DNA of 35,974 nt from positions 1-35,974 of the IMG/VR virus record IMGVR_UViG_3300037761_000191. One strand, written 5' to 3'. Numbering within the stretch: the first letter of the stretch is position 1; each line of letters begins with the position of its first letter. Below, in pieces: positions 17,600 through 26,946 of this stretch. Both the position numbers and the translations under genes were made by a program. This DNA is from a virus (taxonomy: Duplodnaviria; Caudoviricetes). Below the pieces are notes generated by a model. It worked only from the letters and a program-made list of their open reading frames with translations. It was not told where the DNA came from and made no database searches.

Positions 17600-18061
17600 G
17601 TGGCTAAGCAGAAGACCACCCTGACGCTGAATATCCGAATCGACGGGGCCAGGGAGACGCTGAAGGCGCTGAACCGTCTGCCGAAGGAAGCGAACAAGGC
17701 AGTCCGGGATGAGTCGCGGAAGCTGGCGCAGACGCTTGCGACCCGGGTCAAGGCCGCCGCGGTGGCCGACCGGTCGCCACAGTCCAAGCTGTTGGCGCGT
17801 ACGGTCCGGACTGGCCTGGACCGGGTGCCGGTAATCGTTGCCGGTGGCAACCGGCGACTGGGCCGGCGCAGGGTGCCGGCGTGGCGGCTACTGTTCGGAG
17901 CCGAGTTCGGGTCCGACCAGCACCCCCAGTTTCACCACGCCCACTCCGGCCGCAAGGGCTACTGGTTCTTCCCCGTCGCCGAACGGGAGGCGCCCACCAT
18001 CGCCAAGGCCTGGCGTGAGGTCGCCGACCGGATCGTGCGCGCCTACGGCGGTGACCGCTGA
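17600..18061 (+). CDS. HK97 gp10-like tail completion protein
   Basis: Basic protein with LFGAEFG...QF...GYWFFP; GGAGG SD. Confidence 0.65.
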   Translation: MAKQKTTLTLNIRIDGARETLKALNRLPKEANKAVRDESRKLAQTLATRVKAAAVADRSPQSKLLARTVRTGLDRVPVIVAGGNRRLGRRRVPAWRLLFGAEFGSDQHPQFHHAHSGRKGYWFFPVAEREAPTIAKAWREVADRIVRAYGGDR

Positions 18062-19842
18062 TGTCCGCCGGTGTGAGAACTATCAAAACCAGATTTACTG
18101 GGGATACACGGTCGATTGAGAAGGCGTCCAAGCGGGCCCAGGGTGCCGTGGGCGGGTTCGCAGGCAAGCTCGGCGGGGTGCTGAAGACCGCGGCCAAGGC
18201 CGGCGCGCTCGCGGTCGCCGGTGTGGTGGTGGCCGCGGCCACCCTGGGCCCGAAGCTGGTGGCGCAGGCCGGCGCCCTTGAGCTGCAGGCCGCCAAGGCC
18301 AAAACCGTGTTCGAGGATCAGATCGGCACGGTGCAGAAGTGGGCGAAGCAGAACGCTGCCGCGATGGGGTTGACCTCCCAGGAGGCGACCAACCTTGCGG
18401 CTTCCTTCGCCGACCTGCTCAAGCCGATGGGGTTCAGTGCCAAGCAGGCCACGGCGATGTCGACCGACGTGGTGGGGCTGTCGGGGGCGCTGTCTGAGTG
18501 GTCCGGTGGCACCGTCGACGCGGCCGGTGTGGCTGACATCCTGGCCAAGGCGATGTTGGGCGAGCGGGAGGGGCTCAAGCAGCTTGGCATCTCCATCACC
18601 GAGGCGGACGTGCAGGCCCGGTTGGCGAAGAATGGCCAGGAGGGGCTGACCGGGGCGCAGCTGGAGCAGGCGAAGGCCACCGCCACCCAGGAGCTGATCT
18701 TCGAAAAGTCGACCGACGCGCAGAAGGCGTACGAGGAGGGTTCCGGTTCCCTGGCGAGGACGATCGCCACCGGCAAGGCCCGGCTGCGCGAGTTCGCCCA
18801 GAACATGATCGTCAAGCTGACTCCGGCGATCAAGACCGCCGCCGGCTGGGTCAAGCGGGAGCTGGTGCCCCGGTTGCAACAGTTGGCTGAGTGGGCTCGG
18901 ACCAAGCTGATCCCGGCGCTGCGGGACCTGGCGAGCTGGTTCGGCGAGCACATTCTGCCGAAGCTGCAGGCGGTGGCCAGGTTCATCACCGGCACCGTGG
19001 TGCCTGCGATCGCCGGGCTGGTGGAGTGGATCGGCAAGAACAAGGAGATCATCCCTGCGGTTGGGATCGCCATCGCCGTGGTACTGATTCCGGCGTTCAT
19101 CGCTTGGGCGATCGCCGCCGGCGCCGCGGCGATCGCCACGATCGCCGCCGCCGCCCCGGTGATCCTGCTCGGCCTGCTGATCGCCGCGTTGGCGTTCTTG
19201 ATCATCAAGAACTGGGACACGATCAAGGACGTCACGCTGAAGGTGTTTGGCGCGGTGTGGTCGTTCCTGAAGGGCTTGTGGGAGAAGGTGACCGGGTTCA
19301 TCGGCCGGGCCATCGAGGCGATCCGAACGACCTTCTTCAAGTTCAACCCGGTGGGGATCATCATCAAGAACTGGGGTGGGATCTGGGACTTCATCAAAGG
19401 CCTGTGGGACAAGGTGATCGGGTTCGTCAAGGAGATCCCTGGCCGGGTGAAGTCGGCGTTCTCCAAGCTCGGCGAGATCATCTCCGCCCCGTTCCGGGCC
19501 GGGTTCGACGCGGTGAAAGGGTTCTGGAACAACACCATCGGCGGCAAAGGCTTCGACATCCCGAGCTGGGTGCCTCTGGTGGGTGGCAAGAGCTTCCGGT
19601 TCCCCCGGTTCCACTCCGGCGGGGTGGTGCCGGGGCCGGCCGGTGCGGAGGTGCCGATCCTGGCCCGCGCCGGTGAGCGGGTGTTGACCCGGGAGCAGGA
19701 CCTGGCCGCTGGCGGTGGCGACACCAACGTGACGGTCATCATCGACGGCCGGGCCATCGACGAGTCGCTGGTACGGGTGGTGCGCGCCCGGGACCGGGGC
19801 CTGAAACGGCGTGTGCGAGCCGGATCCGGGGCATTCGCATGA
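18061..19842 (+). CDS. Tape measure protein (593 aa)
   Basis: Ala-rich helical protein, GEREGLKQLGI motif, Trp/Phe-periodic repeats, C-terminal FHSGGVVPG...GERVLT. Confidence 0.9.
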   Translation: MSAGVRTIKTRFTGDTRSIEKASKRAQGAVGGFAGKLGGVLKTAAKAGALAVAGVVVAAATLGPKLVAQAGALELQAAKAKTVFEDQIGTVQKWAKQNAAAMGLTSQEATNLAASFADLLKPMGFSAKQATAMSTDVVGLSGALSEWSGGTVDAAGVADILAKAMLGEREGLKQLGISITEADVQARLAKNGQEGLTGAQLEQAKATATQELIFEKSTDAQKAYEEGSGSLARTIATGKARLREFAQNMIVKLTPAIKTAAGWVKRELVPRLQQLAEWARTKLIPALRDLASWFGEHILPKLQAVARFITGTVVPAIAGLVEWIGKNKEIIPAVGIAIAVVLIPAFIAWAIAAGAAAIATIAAAAPVILLGLLIAALAFLIIKNWDTIKDVTLKVFGAVWSFLKGLWEKVTGFIGRAIEAIRTTFFKFNPVGIIIKNWGGIWDFIKGLWDKVIGFVKEIPGRVKSAFSKLGEIISAPFRAGFDAVKGFWNNTIGGKGFDIPSWVPLVGGKSFRFPRFHSGGVVPGPAGAEVPILARAGERVLTREQDLAAGGGDTNVTVIIDGRAIDESLVRVVRARDRGLKRRVRAGSGAFA

Positions 19843-20693
19843 GCATCGTGCTGACCCACCACGACGACACCTGGCGCGTGAGGATCACCCTGTCGGACCT
19901 GCCGAACGGCACGGTCAACGTGGAGCGATCCACAAACCTGCTGTTTTGGCAGCCGGTCCGGGGCGGGGAAGAACTTCCGGTCGTCAACGGCGGCGCGGTG
20001 CTGGACGACTGGGACGGGTACGCCGAAGGCGTGCCTAACCACTACAGGGTGACACAGGCCAGTTTGGAGGATCTCGTGGAAGTCTTCGACACCAACGGAA
20101 CGTGGACCAAACCGCTCGGGCTGGTCGCCGCGAAGGTTACCGCGACCGGGTCGGGTGCCGGCGGTCAAGGTATCGCCGCATCCGGTGATGCCGCCGGCGG
20201 CGGCGGCGGTGCCGGGACCACCACCATCGCATGGATACCGGCCGCCGACCTGGGCGCCACCGAGACGGTGACCGTGCCAACTGGCGGTGCCGGTGGGGTT
20301 GGCGCGGGCACACCGGGCACTGGGGCCCCGGCCACGTTCACGCGGAGCGTCGGGACGAACGTGACTGCCGGCGGCGGCGGCTCGACCTCGGTCGAGGGCA
20401 GCGGCGGCACCGGTGGCACTGGTGGCGGCGGGGGGACGGTCATCCCCGGCGGTGACGGGCAGAGCGGGTCGACCGGCGGCTCCGTGTCCACCGCTGGCAA
20501 CGGCGGGGCCAGCTACTGGGGTGGTGGTGGTATCGGCGCCCGCGGTCGTGTCACCAGCGGCCAGGCAGCGGGTACCGCGGCCACCACACCCGGCGCCGGC
20601 GGTGGGGGCGCGAACGTGTCAGCCGGCGGGTCGGTGCAGAACGGCGGCGCCGGCGGCGCCGGCAAGGTCGTCGTCGAGCACATCTTCGCCTGA
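19839..20693 (+). CDS. Minor tail protein with C-terminal glycine-rich domain
   Basis: N-terminal VRGG...LDD.....GVPNHYRV, then GTWTKP...GGGGG...GGAGKVVV glycine-rich domain. Confidence 0.75.
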   Translation: MSIVLTHHDDTWRVRITLSDLPNGTVNVERSTNLLFWQPVRGGEELPVVNGGAVLDDWDGYAEGVPNHYRVTQASLEDLVEVFDTNGTWTKPLGLVAAKVTATGSGAGGQGIAASGDAAGGGGGAGTTTIAWIPAADLGATETVTVPTGGAGGVGAGTPGTGAPATFTRSVGTNVTAGGGGSTSVEGSGGTGGTGGGGGTVIPGGDGQSGSTGGSVSTAGNGGASYWGGGGIGARGRVTSGQAAGTAATTPGAGGGGANVSAGGSVQNGGAGGAGKVVVEHIFA

Positions 20694-20702
20694 TGAGCTG
20701 CC

Positions 20703-21257
20703 ATGTCTGAGACAGCGACGATCACCCCCAGCCACGGCGGGAAGATCATCCTCAAGTCGGTGAGGTTCCCGTTCCTGAACCGGCCGGTGACCGTGGTCGA
20801 GTTCACCGACCCAGCGTTGGGTGACCGGGGCGGCATGGCCGAGGTGTCCGGCCGGTCCGTGCCGATCTCCACCCCCGACCAGCGGGCGTCGCACACCTTC
20901 GACGTGCAGCTGATGACCACCACCCCGGTCGAGGCCCGCAACATGCAGATCATCCTGATCGCCAACCCGCACCTGTTCCTGCACACCCCGAACGGGTGCG
21001 TGGTGCCCGGTGGACACGTCCGGGTCGGTGATGTGGCCCCGGACCGGCGTACCCGCTCGGCCAGCTCGCCCCGCCGGTACTGGCGGCTGCCGTGCCGGCT
21101 GGTCGCCCCACCCGGGGCGGGTGTGGTCGGCGGGACCATGACCTTCCAAGCCCTGCTTGGCCTGTACGGCAGCTTCGACAACATGCTCGCCGCGAACCCA
21201 ACGTTCGATGACCTGCTCGCGCTGATGGCCACAACTGAGTCGCTGGTAACCCTATGA
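20703..21257 (+). CDS. Minor tail protein (distal-tail-like)
   Basis: LKSVRFPFLN...V.GRS.P...D.R pattern of actinophage post-TMP proteins. Confidence 0.65.
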   Translation: MSETATITPSHGGKIILKSVRFPFLNRPVTVVEFTDPALGDRGGMAEVSGRSVPISTPDQRASHTFDVQLMTTTPVEARNMQIILIANPHLFLHTPNGCVVPGGHVRVGDVAPDRRTRSASSPRRYWRLPCRLVAPPGAGVVGGTMTFQALLGLYGSFDNMLAANPTFDDLLALMATTESLVTL

Positions 21258-21277
21258 CCAAGAGGGTGGTGATCTAG

Positions 21278-21949
21278 ATGGGTACGACCGTCCCGTACGG
21301 GCTGCGGTTCCCGGCCGGCACCGACGTGCCGAACGTGCCAGTCCGGGTACGGGACCTGGCCGAGGACGTCAACGACGAACTGCTGCGCGTGGATGGTGAC
21401 GTGGCCACCTTGTCCGCCGCCGCGGCTGCGGCGGCCCTGGCTGCCAGCAACATCAAAGTCCTCGGCACGATCAACTCCGGTGCCGGTACCAACACCACCG
21501 AGTTCTCCGGCATCGACCAGACCTACCGTGACCTGATCATCATGTGGCGTGGTGCGTCCGACGGGTCCGGCGAGATCGACTCGTTGGCGCTGCGGTTCAA
21601 CGGCGACACCGGCGACAACTACGTCTCCCGCCTGTCCCGCAACGAAGCCGCCGGCACCTACACCAGCTCCCAGGGCCTGTTCTCCGTCCTGCGCGCCGGC
21701 CATGTCGGCACGCACAGCACCTCGCGCAGCGCCGGGACAATCTGGATTCCTGCGTACACCAGCACCATCCGCACGGTGGCGCACGGCATCAGCAATGCCA
21801 CCGGCCAGTCGGGCGGCGACAACTCTGCCTACACCACCCAGGCCGGCGGCTACTGGACCGGCACCGCGGCGATCAGCACCATCCAAATCTGGGTCAGCGG
21901 TCAACTGTGGCAGGGCACCCCGCACATCACCTTGCTCGGGCTTCGGTAG
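21278..21949 (+). CDS. Minor tail / fibre protein
   Basis: N-terminal YGLRFP..TD.P anchor, short coil, then a beta-rich domain (FSGIDQTYRDL...LRFNGDTG.NY...AISTI). Confidence 0.7.
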   Translation: MGTTVPYGLRFPAGTDVPNVPVRVRDLAEDVNDELLRVDGDVATLSAAAAAAALAASNIKVLGTINSGAGTNTTEFSGIDQTYRDLIIMWRGASDGSGEIDSLALRFNGDTGDNYVSRLSRNEAAGTYTSSQGLFSVLRAGHVGTHSTSRSAGTIWIPAYTSTIRTVAHGISNATGQSGGDNSAYTTQAGGYWTGTAAISTIQIWVSGQLWQGTPHITLLGLR

Positions 21950-21957
21950 GAGGCGTC

Positions 21958-22182
21958 ATGGCCAAGTGCAGATGCGGCGCGACCGGTGACGTGGGTGAGC
22001 TGCTGGAGCATGCGATCTCGGCCCTGGCCAACCCGGAGGACCAGCGGGTGCACGGTTGGGACGGCGAGACGCAGCACATCACGCAGGTCAGAGCTGCCCG
22101 CGACCACCGCGAGGCCACCCGCCGGCGCATCGCCGACCAGCTCGGGGTGAGCGTGGCCGAGCTGCGGGAGGCGTTGCGCTGA
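21958..22182 (+). CDS. Small protein, possible fibre assembly helper
   Basis: AGGAGG SD; C-terminal LGVSVAELREAL; TGATG coupling to the next gene. Confidence 0.55.
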   Translation: MAKCRCGATGDVGELLEHAISALANPEDQRVHGWDGETQHITQVRAARDHREATRRRIADQLGVSVAELREALR

Positions 22183-24572
22183 TGGCCGTGGTGAACACGA
22201 TCGTCGGAGCCCCCACCTCGGTGGGGGCAACGGTCGTCGCCAAGGTGTCCGGTGGCGGGCCGGTACGCATCGCCGTCGCCGACAGCGCGGCCATGACCAA
22301 CCCTGTGTTCTCAGGCTCGCAGGCGGTTGACGCGCAAGGCGTTGCCAAGGTGACCGTCACCGGGTTGGCTGCCGACACCGCCTACTTTTGGCAGGTCGAA
22401 GATAACGGCGCCATCGACACCAGCGTCACCGGCCGGATCTGGACCCTGCCAACGGCCGGCACACCGGCCAACTTCCGGCTCACCGTCTCCGGCTGCGCAG
22501 GCCTGTCACCCACCTCCCCCGGTGCGGCCGGCGGTGAGCTTGACCCGAACAAGGTGTCCAACCATCCGGTCTACGACGACATCCGCGCCCGCGACCCGCG
22601 GATGCATGTCAACCTTGGCGACTGGGGCTACCCCAACTTCGGCACCGACACCACCGACACCGCGGCCAACCGGCGCCATTACTACGACGACAACCTTGCC
22701 CAGCCGCGGCAGGCCCAGTTCTGCCGCGACGTGGCGCAGCTGGTCGAGCTGGACGACCACGACTTCGCAGGCAACGACTCCGACGGCACGTACGCCAACA
22801 AGGCGTTGGCTGCCAGCGTCTACCGGGAACGGGTCCCCCACTACCCGCTGCCCGACGCTGATGCCATGTACTTCTCGGTGCAGGTCGGCCGGGTCCTGCT
22901 GGTCGCCCTGGACGCCCGGTACAACCGGTCCCCGAACAGCGATCCCGACGGGCCGAACAAAACCATGCTCGGCAGCACACAGAAGACGTGGCTACAAGGC
23001 GTGCTCGCCGCCTCAACCGCGCAGGCGCTGGTCGTGCTGTCTCCGTCCCAGTGGCTTGGACCGAGCAGCGACGGGTGGGGCAACTTCGCCACCGAACGGG
23101 CCGAGCTGGCCTCACTGTTCGCAGCACACTTCCCTGCCCGGACGGTGCTGGCGCACAGCGACCGGCATGGGCTTGGGCTGACCGGTGGCGGAACCAACAC
23201 CGCCGGTGGGTTCCCCGTCCTGCAGGCAGGGTCGATTGACAGCGACTTCGGCCTGGCCGAACCCGACGTGTTCGACATCGTTCCCGACACCCCCGGCCGC
23301 GGCCAGTACGGAACCGTCGACGTTGACGACCTGGGGTCGGCGATCGTCATCACCTTGACCTGCTGGCGTGGCGAGGTCATCCTCGGGTCACATCAGCATG
23401 CCATCACGGTCACCGTCCCAGCCCAGGTCGCCTCCGCCCAGGTGGCAGAGTTCGCCGCCATCGTCTCCGGCTCTCACGAACCTGTCTTCGAAGCCCGGGT
23501 GCTGACCGCCTGGGCGACTGGACCCGACCCCGAGGGGGTCACCATTCCCATCCTCGGCGGCGACGTTCAATACGACGGCACCGCCGACGTGTTCGCATCG
23601 CTGTCGCTGACCACCGCCGGCATCGACGAGGACACCGGGGCCTCCAGGTTCCCCCGGCTACCCGGGGACCTGCTCGCCCCGTACGGCAACGAGATCTGGG
23701 TACGCCGCGGTGTGGACACCGGCGGGTCGGTGCTGTGGTCCAGCCTCGGCTACTTCCGCATCGACGCGGCCGAACAGGACGACGCCCCCTACGGGCCGAT
23801 CACCCTGGCCGGGCAGGACCGCATGGCCCACCTGATTTCCGCCCGGCTGGTCGTGGCCCGCACGTTCGCCCCGTCGAACACGGTCGCGTTCGTGTTCGCC
23901 ACGCTGGTCGGAGAAGTGTTGCCGCAGGCGACGATCATCTTCGACGACAACACCGGCGTGGAAAGTCTCAGCCGCCGGCTGACCGCGGAGGAGAACCGGT
24001 ACGAGGTGCTGGCCGAGCTGGCCCAGTCGTTCGGCAAGCTCATGTACTTCGACGGTGACGGGTTCCTGCGGGTCGAATCGGCACCCGACGAGACGGTCCC
24101 GGTGTGGGAGGTGGCCGCCGGCGCCGGCGGGGTGCTGCTGACCGCTGGCCGGCGCATCTCCACCGAGGGTGTGTACAACGGGTGGGTGTACACGGGGGAG
24201 GGTGGTGACCAGCAGGCTCCGGTGCGCGCGGTGGTGGTGGACATCGGGCCGAGCTCGCCCACCAGGTGGGGCGGCAGGTTCGGCAAACGGCCCGGGTTCT
24301 TCGCCTCGCCGCTGATCCGCACCGAGGCGCAGGCGGAGGCGGCAGCACGTGCCCGCCTGGCCCGCAGGTTGGGCGCCCCGTACGCCGCCGAGTTCGACAC
24401 CCCGGTGAACCCGGCGCTGCGGCCGTGGCATCCGATCCGGGTGGAGCAGCGGGACTACAACCGGGAGATGCACGTGGTGCAAACCCTGGGTGTGCCGCTG
24501 ACCGCTGAAGCGATGATGGACGGGACGACGAAGGAGAAGACGCACGTGGTGATCGGCCGGGTGGTCTCATGA
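22182..24572 (+). CDS. PhoD-family phosphatase/phosphodiesterase fused to tail hub (baseplate) protein, 796 aa
   Basis: PhoD motifs SGC, GDWGY, LDDHDFAGND, LDARYNR, MLGSTQKTWL, DGWGNFATER and SDRH. The C-terminal half has LAPYGNEIWVRRG...SLGYFRI...YFDGDG...YNGWV...RWGGRFGK..NPAL, typical of actinophage hub proteins. Confidence 0.85.
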   Translation: MAVVNTIVGAPTSVGATVVAKVSGGGPVRIAVADSAAMTNPVFSGSQAVDAQGVAKVTVTGLAADTAYFWQVEDNGAIDTSVTGRIWTLPTAGTPANFRLTVSGCAGLSPTSPGAAGGELDPNKVSNHPVYDDIRARDPRMHVNLGDWGYPNFGTDTTDTAANRRHYYDDNLAQPRQAQFCRDVAQLVELDDHDFAGNDSDGTYANKALAASVYRERVPHYPLPDADAMYFSVQVGRVLLVALDARYNRSPNSDPDGPNKTMLGSTQKTWLQGVLAASTAQALVVLSPSQWLGPSSDGWGNFATERAELASLFAAHFPARTVLAHSDRHGLGLTGGGTNTAGGFPVLQAGSIDSDFGLAEPDVFDIVPDTPGRGQYGTVDVDDLGSAIVITLTCWRGEVILGSHQHAITVTVPAQVASAQVAEFAAIVSGSHEPVFEARVLTAWATGPDPEGVTIPILGGDVQYDGTADVFASLSLTTAGIDEDTGASRFPRLPGDLLAPYGNEIWVRRGVDTGGSVLWSSLGYFRIDAAEQDDAPYGPITLAGQDRMAHLISARLVVARTFAPSNTVAFVFATLVGEVLPQATIIFDDNTGVESLSRRLTAEENRYEVLAELAQSFGKLMYFDGDGFLRVESAPDETVPVWEVAAGAGGVLLTAGRRISTEGVYNGWVYTGEGGDQQAPVRAVVVDIGPSSPTRWGGRFGKRPGFFASPLIRTEAQAEAAARARLARRLGAPYAAEFDTPVNPALRPWHPIRVEQRDYNREMHVVQTLGVPLTAEAMMDGTTKEKTHVVIGRVVS

Positions 24573-25399
24573 GTTGGCGCAGCGATGACCTGGCGTCGGT
24601 GCTCGGCGGCGGGGGTGGCGGGCCGGTGGGCCGCACCCAGGGGATCATCCAATCGTTCAACCCGGACACGTTCGAGAACGTGGTCGCCTTCGGCGGGGCG
24701 CAGCATCAGAACCTGGTGGTCACCAACCCGGTTGACGCGTTGGGCTACCAGCCGGGCGATGTGGTGATCGTCGAGTCGTGGGCGCCGTCGGGGCGCGGCC
24801 TCGCGTCGTATGCGATCGCGGGCCGGTGGCTGGTGCCAGCCGGTGGCCGCGCCGCGGAAGCGGTCGGGTTCCTACAGACCACGGTCGCCAAGGCGATCGT
24901 CGACGAGCTGGTGGCGCAGTTGCTGACATCCCCTGCCGGGGTGGAGTTGGCGCAGTTCGTCAACTCGCAGCTGATCCAGATAGCGGTGGACGCCGGGCAG
25001 ACCACCACGTCGTCAACAACGTTCGGCGACGGGTCGGCCGCAGGACCGCAGGTGACCGGGGTGCAGGTCAGCGCCACCGGCCGGTGCCTGGTGTTGTGGG
25101 GTGCGAGTGCCGACGTGGGCCCGCGCACTGACGGCGGGCAGATCGGCGGGAACATGTCGGTGGCCATCTCGGGGGCGACAACCGTTGCTGCGGACATAAC
25201 CCGCACCTACCAGGTGTCCCAGTCGGTCACCGTCACCGGGGCGTCCTGGTCGCATCGGATCGGCGGCCGGGCGCTGACCGGGCACCTGTTCACAGGTTTG
25301 AACGCTGGCACGCACACGATCAGCGGCAAGTACGCCAGCGGGGTGAGCGGTCAGTCGGTCGCCTTCGCCAACCGGCTGATCATCGCGATAGCCTACTAA
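24569..25399 (+). CDS. Minor tail protein
   Basis: N-terminal QGII.SFNPDTFENVV (spike-like) and C-terminal TGLNAGTHTISGKY...FANR. Confidence 0.7.
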   Translation: MSWRSDDLASVLGGGGGGPVGRTQGIIQSFNPDTFENVVAFGGAQHQNLVVTNPVDALGYQPGDVVIVESWAPSGRGLASYAIAGRWLVPAGGRAAEAVGFLQTTVAKAIVDELVAQLLTSPAGVELAQFVNSQLIQIAVDAGQTTTSSTTFGDGSAAGPQVTGVQVSATGRCLVLWGASADVGPRTDGGQIGGNMSVAISGATTVAADITRTYQVSQSVTVTGASWSHRIGGRALTGHLFTGLNAGTHTISGKYASGVSGQSVAFANRLIIAIAY

Positions 25400-25410
25400 G
25401 GAGGAGTGGC

Positions 25411-26340
25411 ATGCGCGCGTTGTGGCTACCCGAAGTGTTGCGCGGTGCCGGGCTGACCGTGCGGGAGTACACCGGCTGGAAGACCCGCGGCGTCGAGTCG
25501 TGGGGTCCGCTGCGCGGGGTGATCTGCCACGCCACCGCCGGCTCCCGCACGTCCACCGACGCCGGTGAGACCCGGGTCCTGTGGGAAACCGGGTCCACGT
25601 CGGCGCCCGCACCCATCTCGCAGATGTACCTGTCCCGCTCGGGTGAGTGGTGGGTGGGCGCGTCCGGCCGGTGCAACCACGTCCTGGTCGGCGACAAAGG
25701 TCCGCACAAAGGGTTCGGCAACTCGTACCTGCTCGGCGTCGAAGCGGCGAACGACAACCGCGGCGAGCCGTGGTCAGCCAAGATGCTCGACAGCTACCGG
25801 CGGGGTGTGGCCGCGATCTGCCGGCATGAGAACTGGGAGGCGTGGCGGGCGGTCGCCCACGCCGAACACCAGACGGGCAAGTCCGATCCGCTCGGAATCG
25901 ACATGACCGCATTCCGCGCCACCGTGGCGCAACTGATCGAGGAGGACGACATGGCGCTCTCAGCCGAGGACAAGGAATGGCTGCTGGACCGGTTGCGGTT
26001 CGTGGTCAACGGGGACGTGTGGGCCGGGCAGGGTGAGGGTCGGCTGGCTCACGGCACCTACGCCGTCGGCGTAGGGGCGAGGAACGGCTGGGCGTACGGC
26101 AAGGTGGTCTTGGCTGAGGTGCAGGCCGCGCGGGCCGAGAACGCGGCAATCCTCGCCGCGGTCGCCGGGCAGGACGTGGCAGCCGCGGTTGCCGCTGAGC
26201 TGGCCAAGCATGACCTGGCGATGACCCAACGGCTGGCCGGCCTGCCGGCGGCGGTGGCCGCGCTGGTGCCAGCGGCCAGCATGGAGCAGGTCGAGGCGGC
26301 GCTGCGCACGGTGCTCGGCGGGGTCGATGAACCACGGTGA
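25411..26340 (+). CDS. Endolysin, N-acetylmuramoyl-L-alanine amidase
   Basis: Amidase_2 motifs ICHATAG, CNH, GVEAAN, HAEH...KSDP; AAGGAG SD. Confidence 0.88.
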   Translation: MRALWLPEVLRGAGLTVREYTGWKTRGVESWGPLRGVICHATAGSRTSTDAGETRVLWETGSTSAPAPISQMYLSRSGEWWVGASGRCNHVLVGDKGPHKGFGNSYLLGVEAANDNRGEPWSAKMLDSYRRGVAAICRHENWEAWRAVAHAEHQTGKSDPLGIDMTAFRATVAQLIEEDDMALSAEDKEWLLDRLRFVVNGDVWAGQGEGRLAHGTYAVGVGARNGWAYGKVVLAEVQAARAENAAILAAVAGQDVAAAVAAELAKHDLAMTQRLAGLPAAVAALVPAASMEQVEAALRTVLGGVDEPR

Positions 26341-26588
26341 GCAGATCGCTGCGCGACGGAATGGTTGTGGTCGCTGCCCAAGGCTTGGCGATCTTCGAGA
26401 TCACGCTCGGCGGGGCCAGGCCGGCGGTGCTCAGCTTTCTGGGCGCGATCCTGCTGTCCCCGATCTTCATGCGAATCGACGAGGTGAGACGAGGTAGCCA
26501 TGGTGCTGCAGGTGGTCAGGCAGTACGCGCTGACAACGACGTGGCTGGCCCTGGGGTTGGGCCTAGCCGTACTGGCGGCGGTGCTTGA
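26337..26588 (+). CDS. Membrane protein in lysis cassette
   Basis: Two hydrophobic segments; GTGA overlap with the endolysin. Confidence 0.55.
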   Translation: MSRSLRDGMVVVAAQGLAIFEITLGGARPAVLSFLGAILLSPIFMRIDEVRRGSHGAAGGQAVRADNDVAGPGVGPSRTGGGA

Positions 26589-26592
26589 CTGA
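26500..26592 (+). CDS. Overlapping 30-aa single-TM peptide (not in ORF track)
   Basis: MVLQVVRQYALTTTWLALGLGLAVLAAVLD with GAGGT SD at 26491-26495 and TGATG coupling to 26592. Confidence 0.5.
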   Translation: MVLQVVRQYALTTTWLALGLGLAVLAAVLD

Positions 26593-26936
26593 TGGTCCGC
26601 TGGCTGCGGGACCGTCCACTGTTCGCCGCGCTGCTGATGTTGGCGGTGGTGGCCGTGCCCGGGTTCCTGCGCGTGGAAAGCGTCGCGAACCAGCAGGCGG
26701 AGCTGATCACCTGCGTGCAGGCGTGGGGTGATGCCAGCGTGGCACGCACCGCGCTGCTGGGTGGGCTGTCGGCGGCCCGGTCGGACGCGTTGGACGAGCT
26801 GGTCCGCGCCGTGGCCGATCAGGACCAGGAGCAGTTCGCGGCGGCGCTGGCCGCCTACCTGGCCGCCTCCGACGCCTACCGGGACGCGCTGGTAGCCAAC
26901 CCGATGCCGGAACCGCCAAGCCTTCGATGCGAATGA
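26592..26936 (+). CDS. Membrane-anchored helical protein with terminal Cys (lysis accessory)
   Basis: N-terminal TM, then C..., helical body and PMPEPPSLRC end. Confidence 0.6.
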   Translation: MVRWLRDRPLFAALLMLAVVAVPGFLRVESVANQQAELITCVQAWGDASVARTALLGGLSAARSDALDELVRAVADQDQEQFAAALAAYLAASDAYRDALVANPMPEPPSLRCE

Positions 26937-26946
26937 GAGGTGTGAC

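Noticed and set aside
10630-20168. Long minus-strand ORFs (e.g. 10630-12600, 18043-19614, 18318-20168) and many alternative-frame ORFs in the track
   Set aside because: These are shadow ORFs of high-GC coding genes, with no SD or motifs, and they overlap well-supported genes.
20090-20693. Gly-rich stretch as PE-PGRS or collagen
   Set aside because: No PE domain or Gly-X-Y periodicity; it matches the Gly-rich domain common in phage tail proteins.
20690-20725. Hammerhead-ribozyme-like CTGATGA-gctg...cagc-GA
   Set aside because: The required GAAA after stem II reads GACG, and no convincing stems I/III were found. CTGATGA is explained by the double stop.
22182-23400. PhoD as a secreted phosphate-scavenging auxiliary metabolic gene
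   Set aside because: There is no signal peptide, and it is fused in frame to a structural tail protein within the tail operon.
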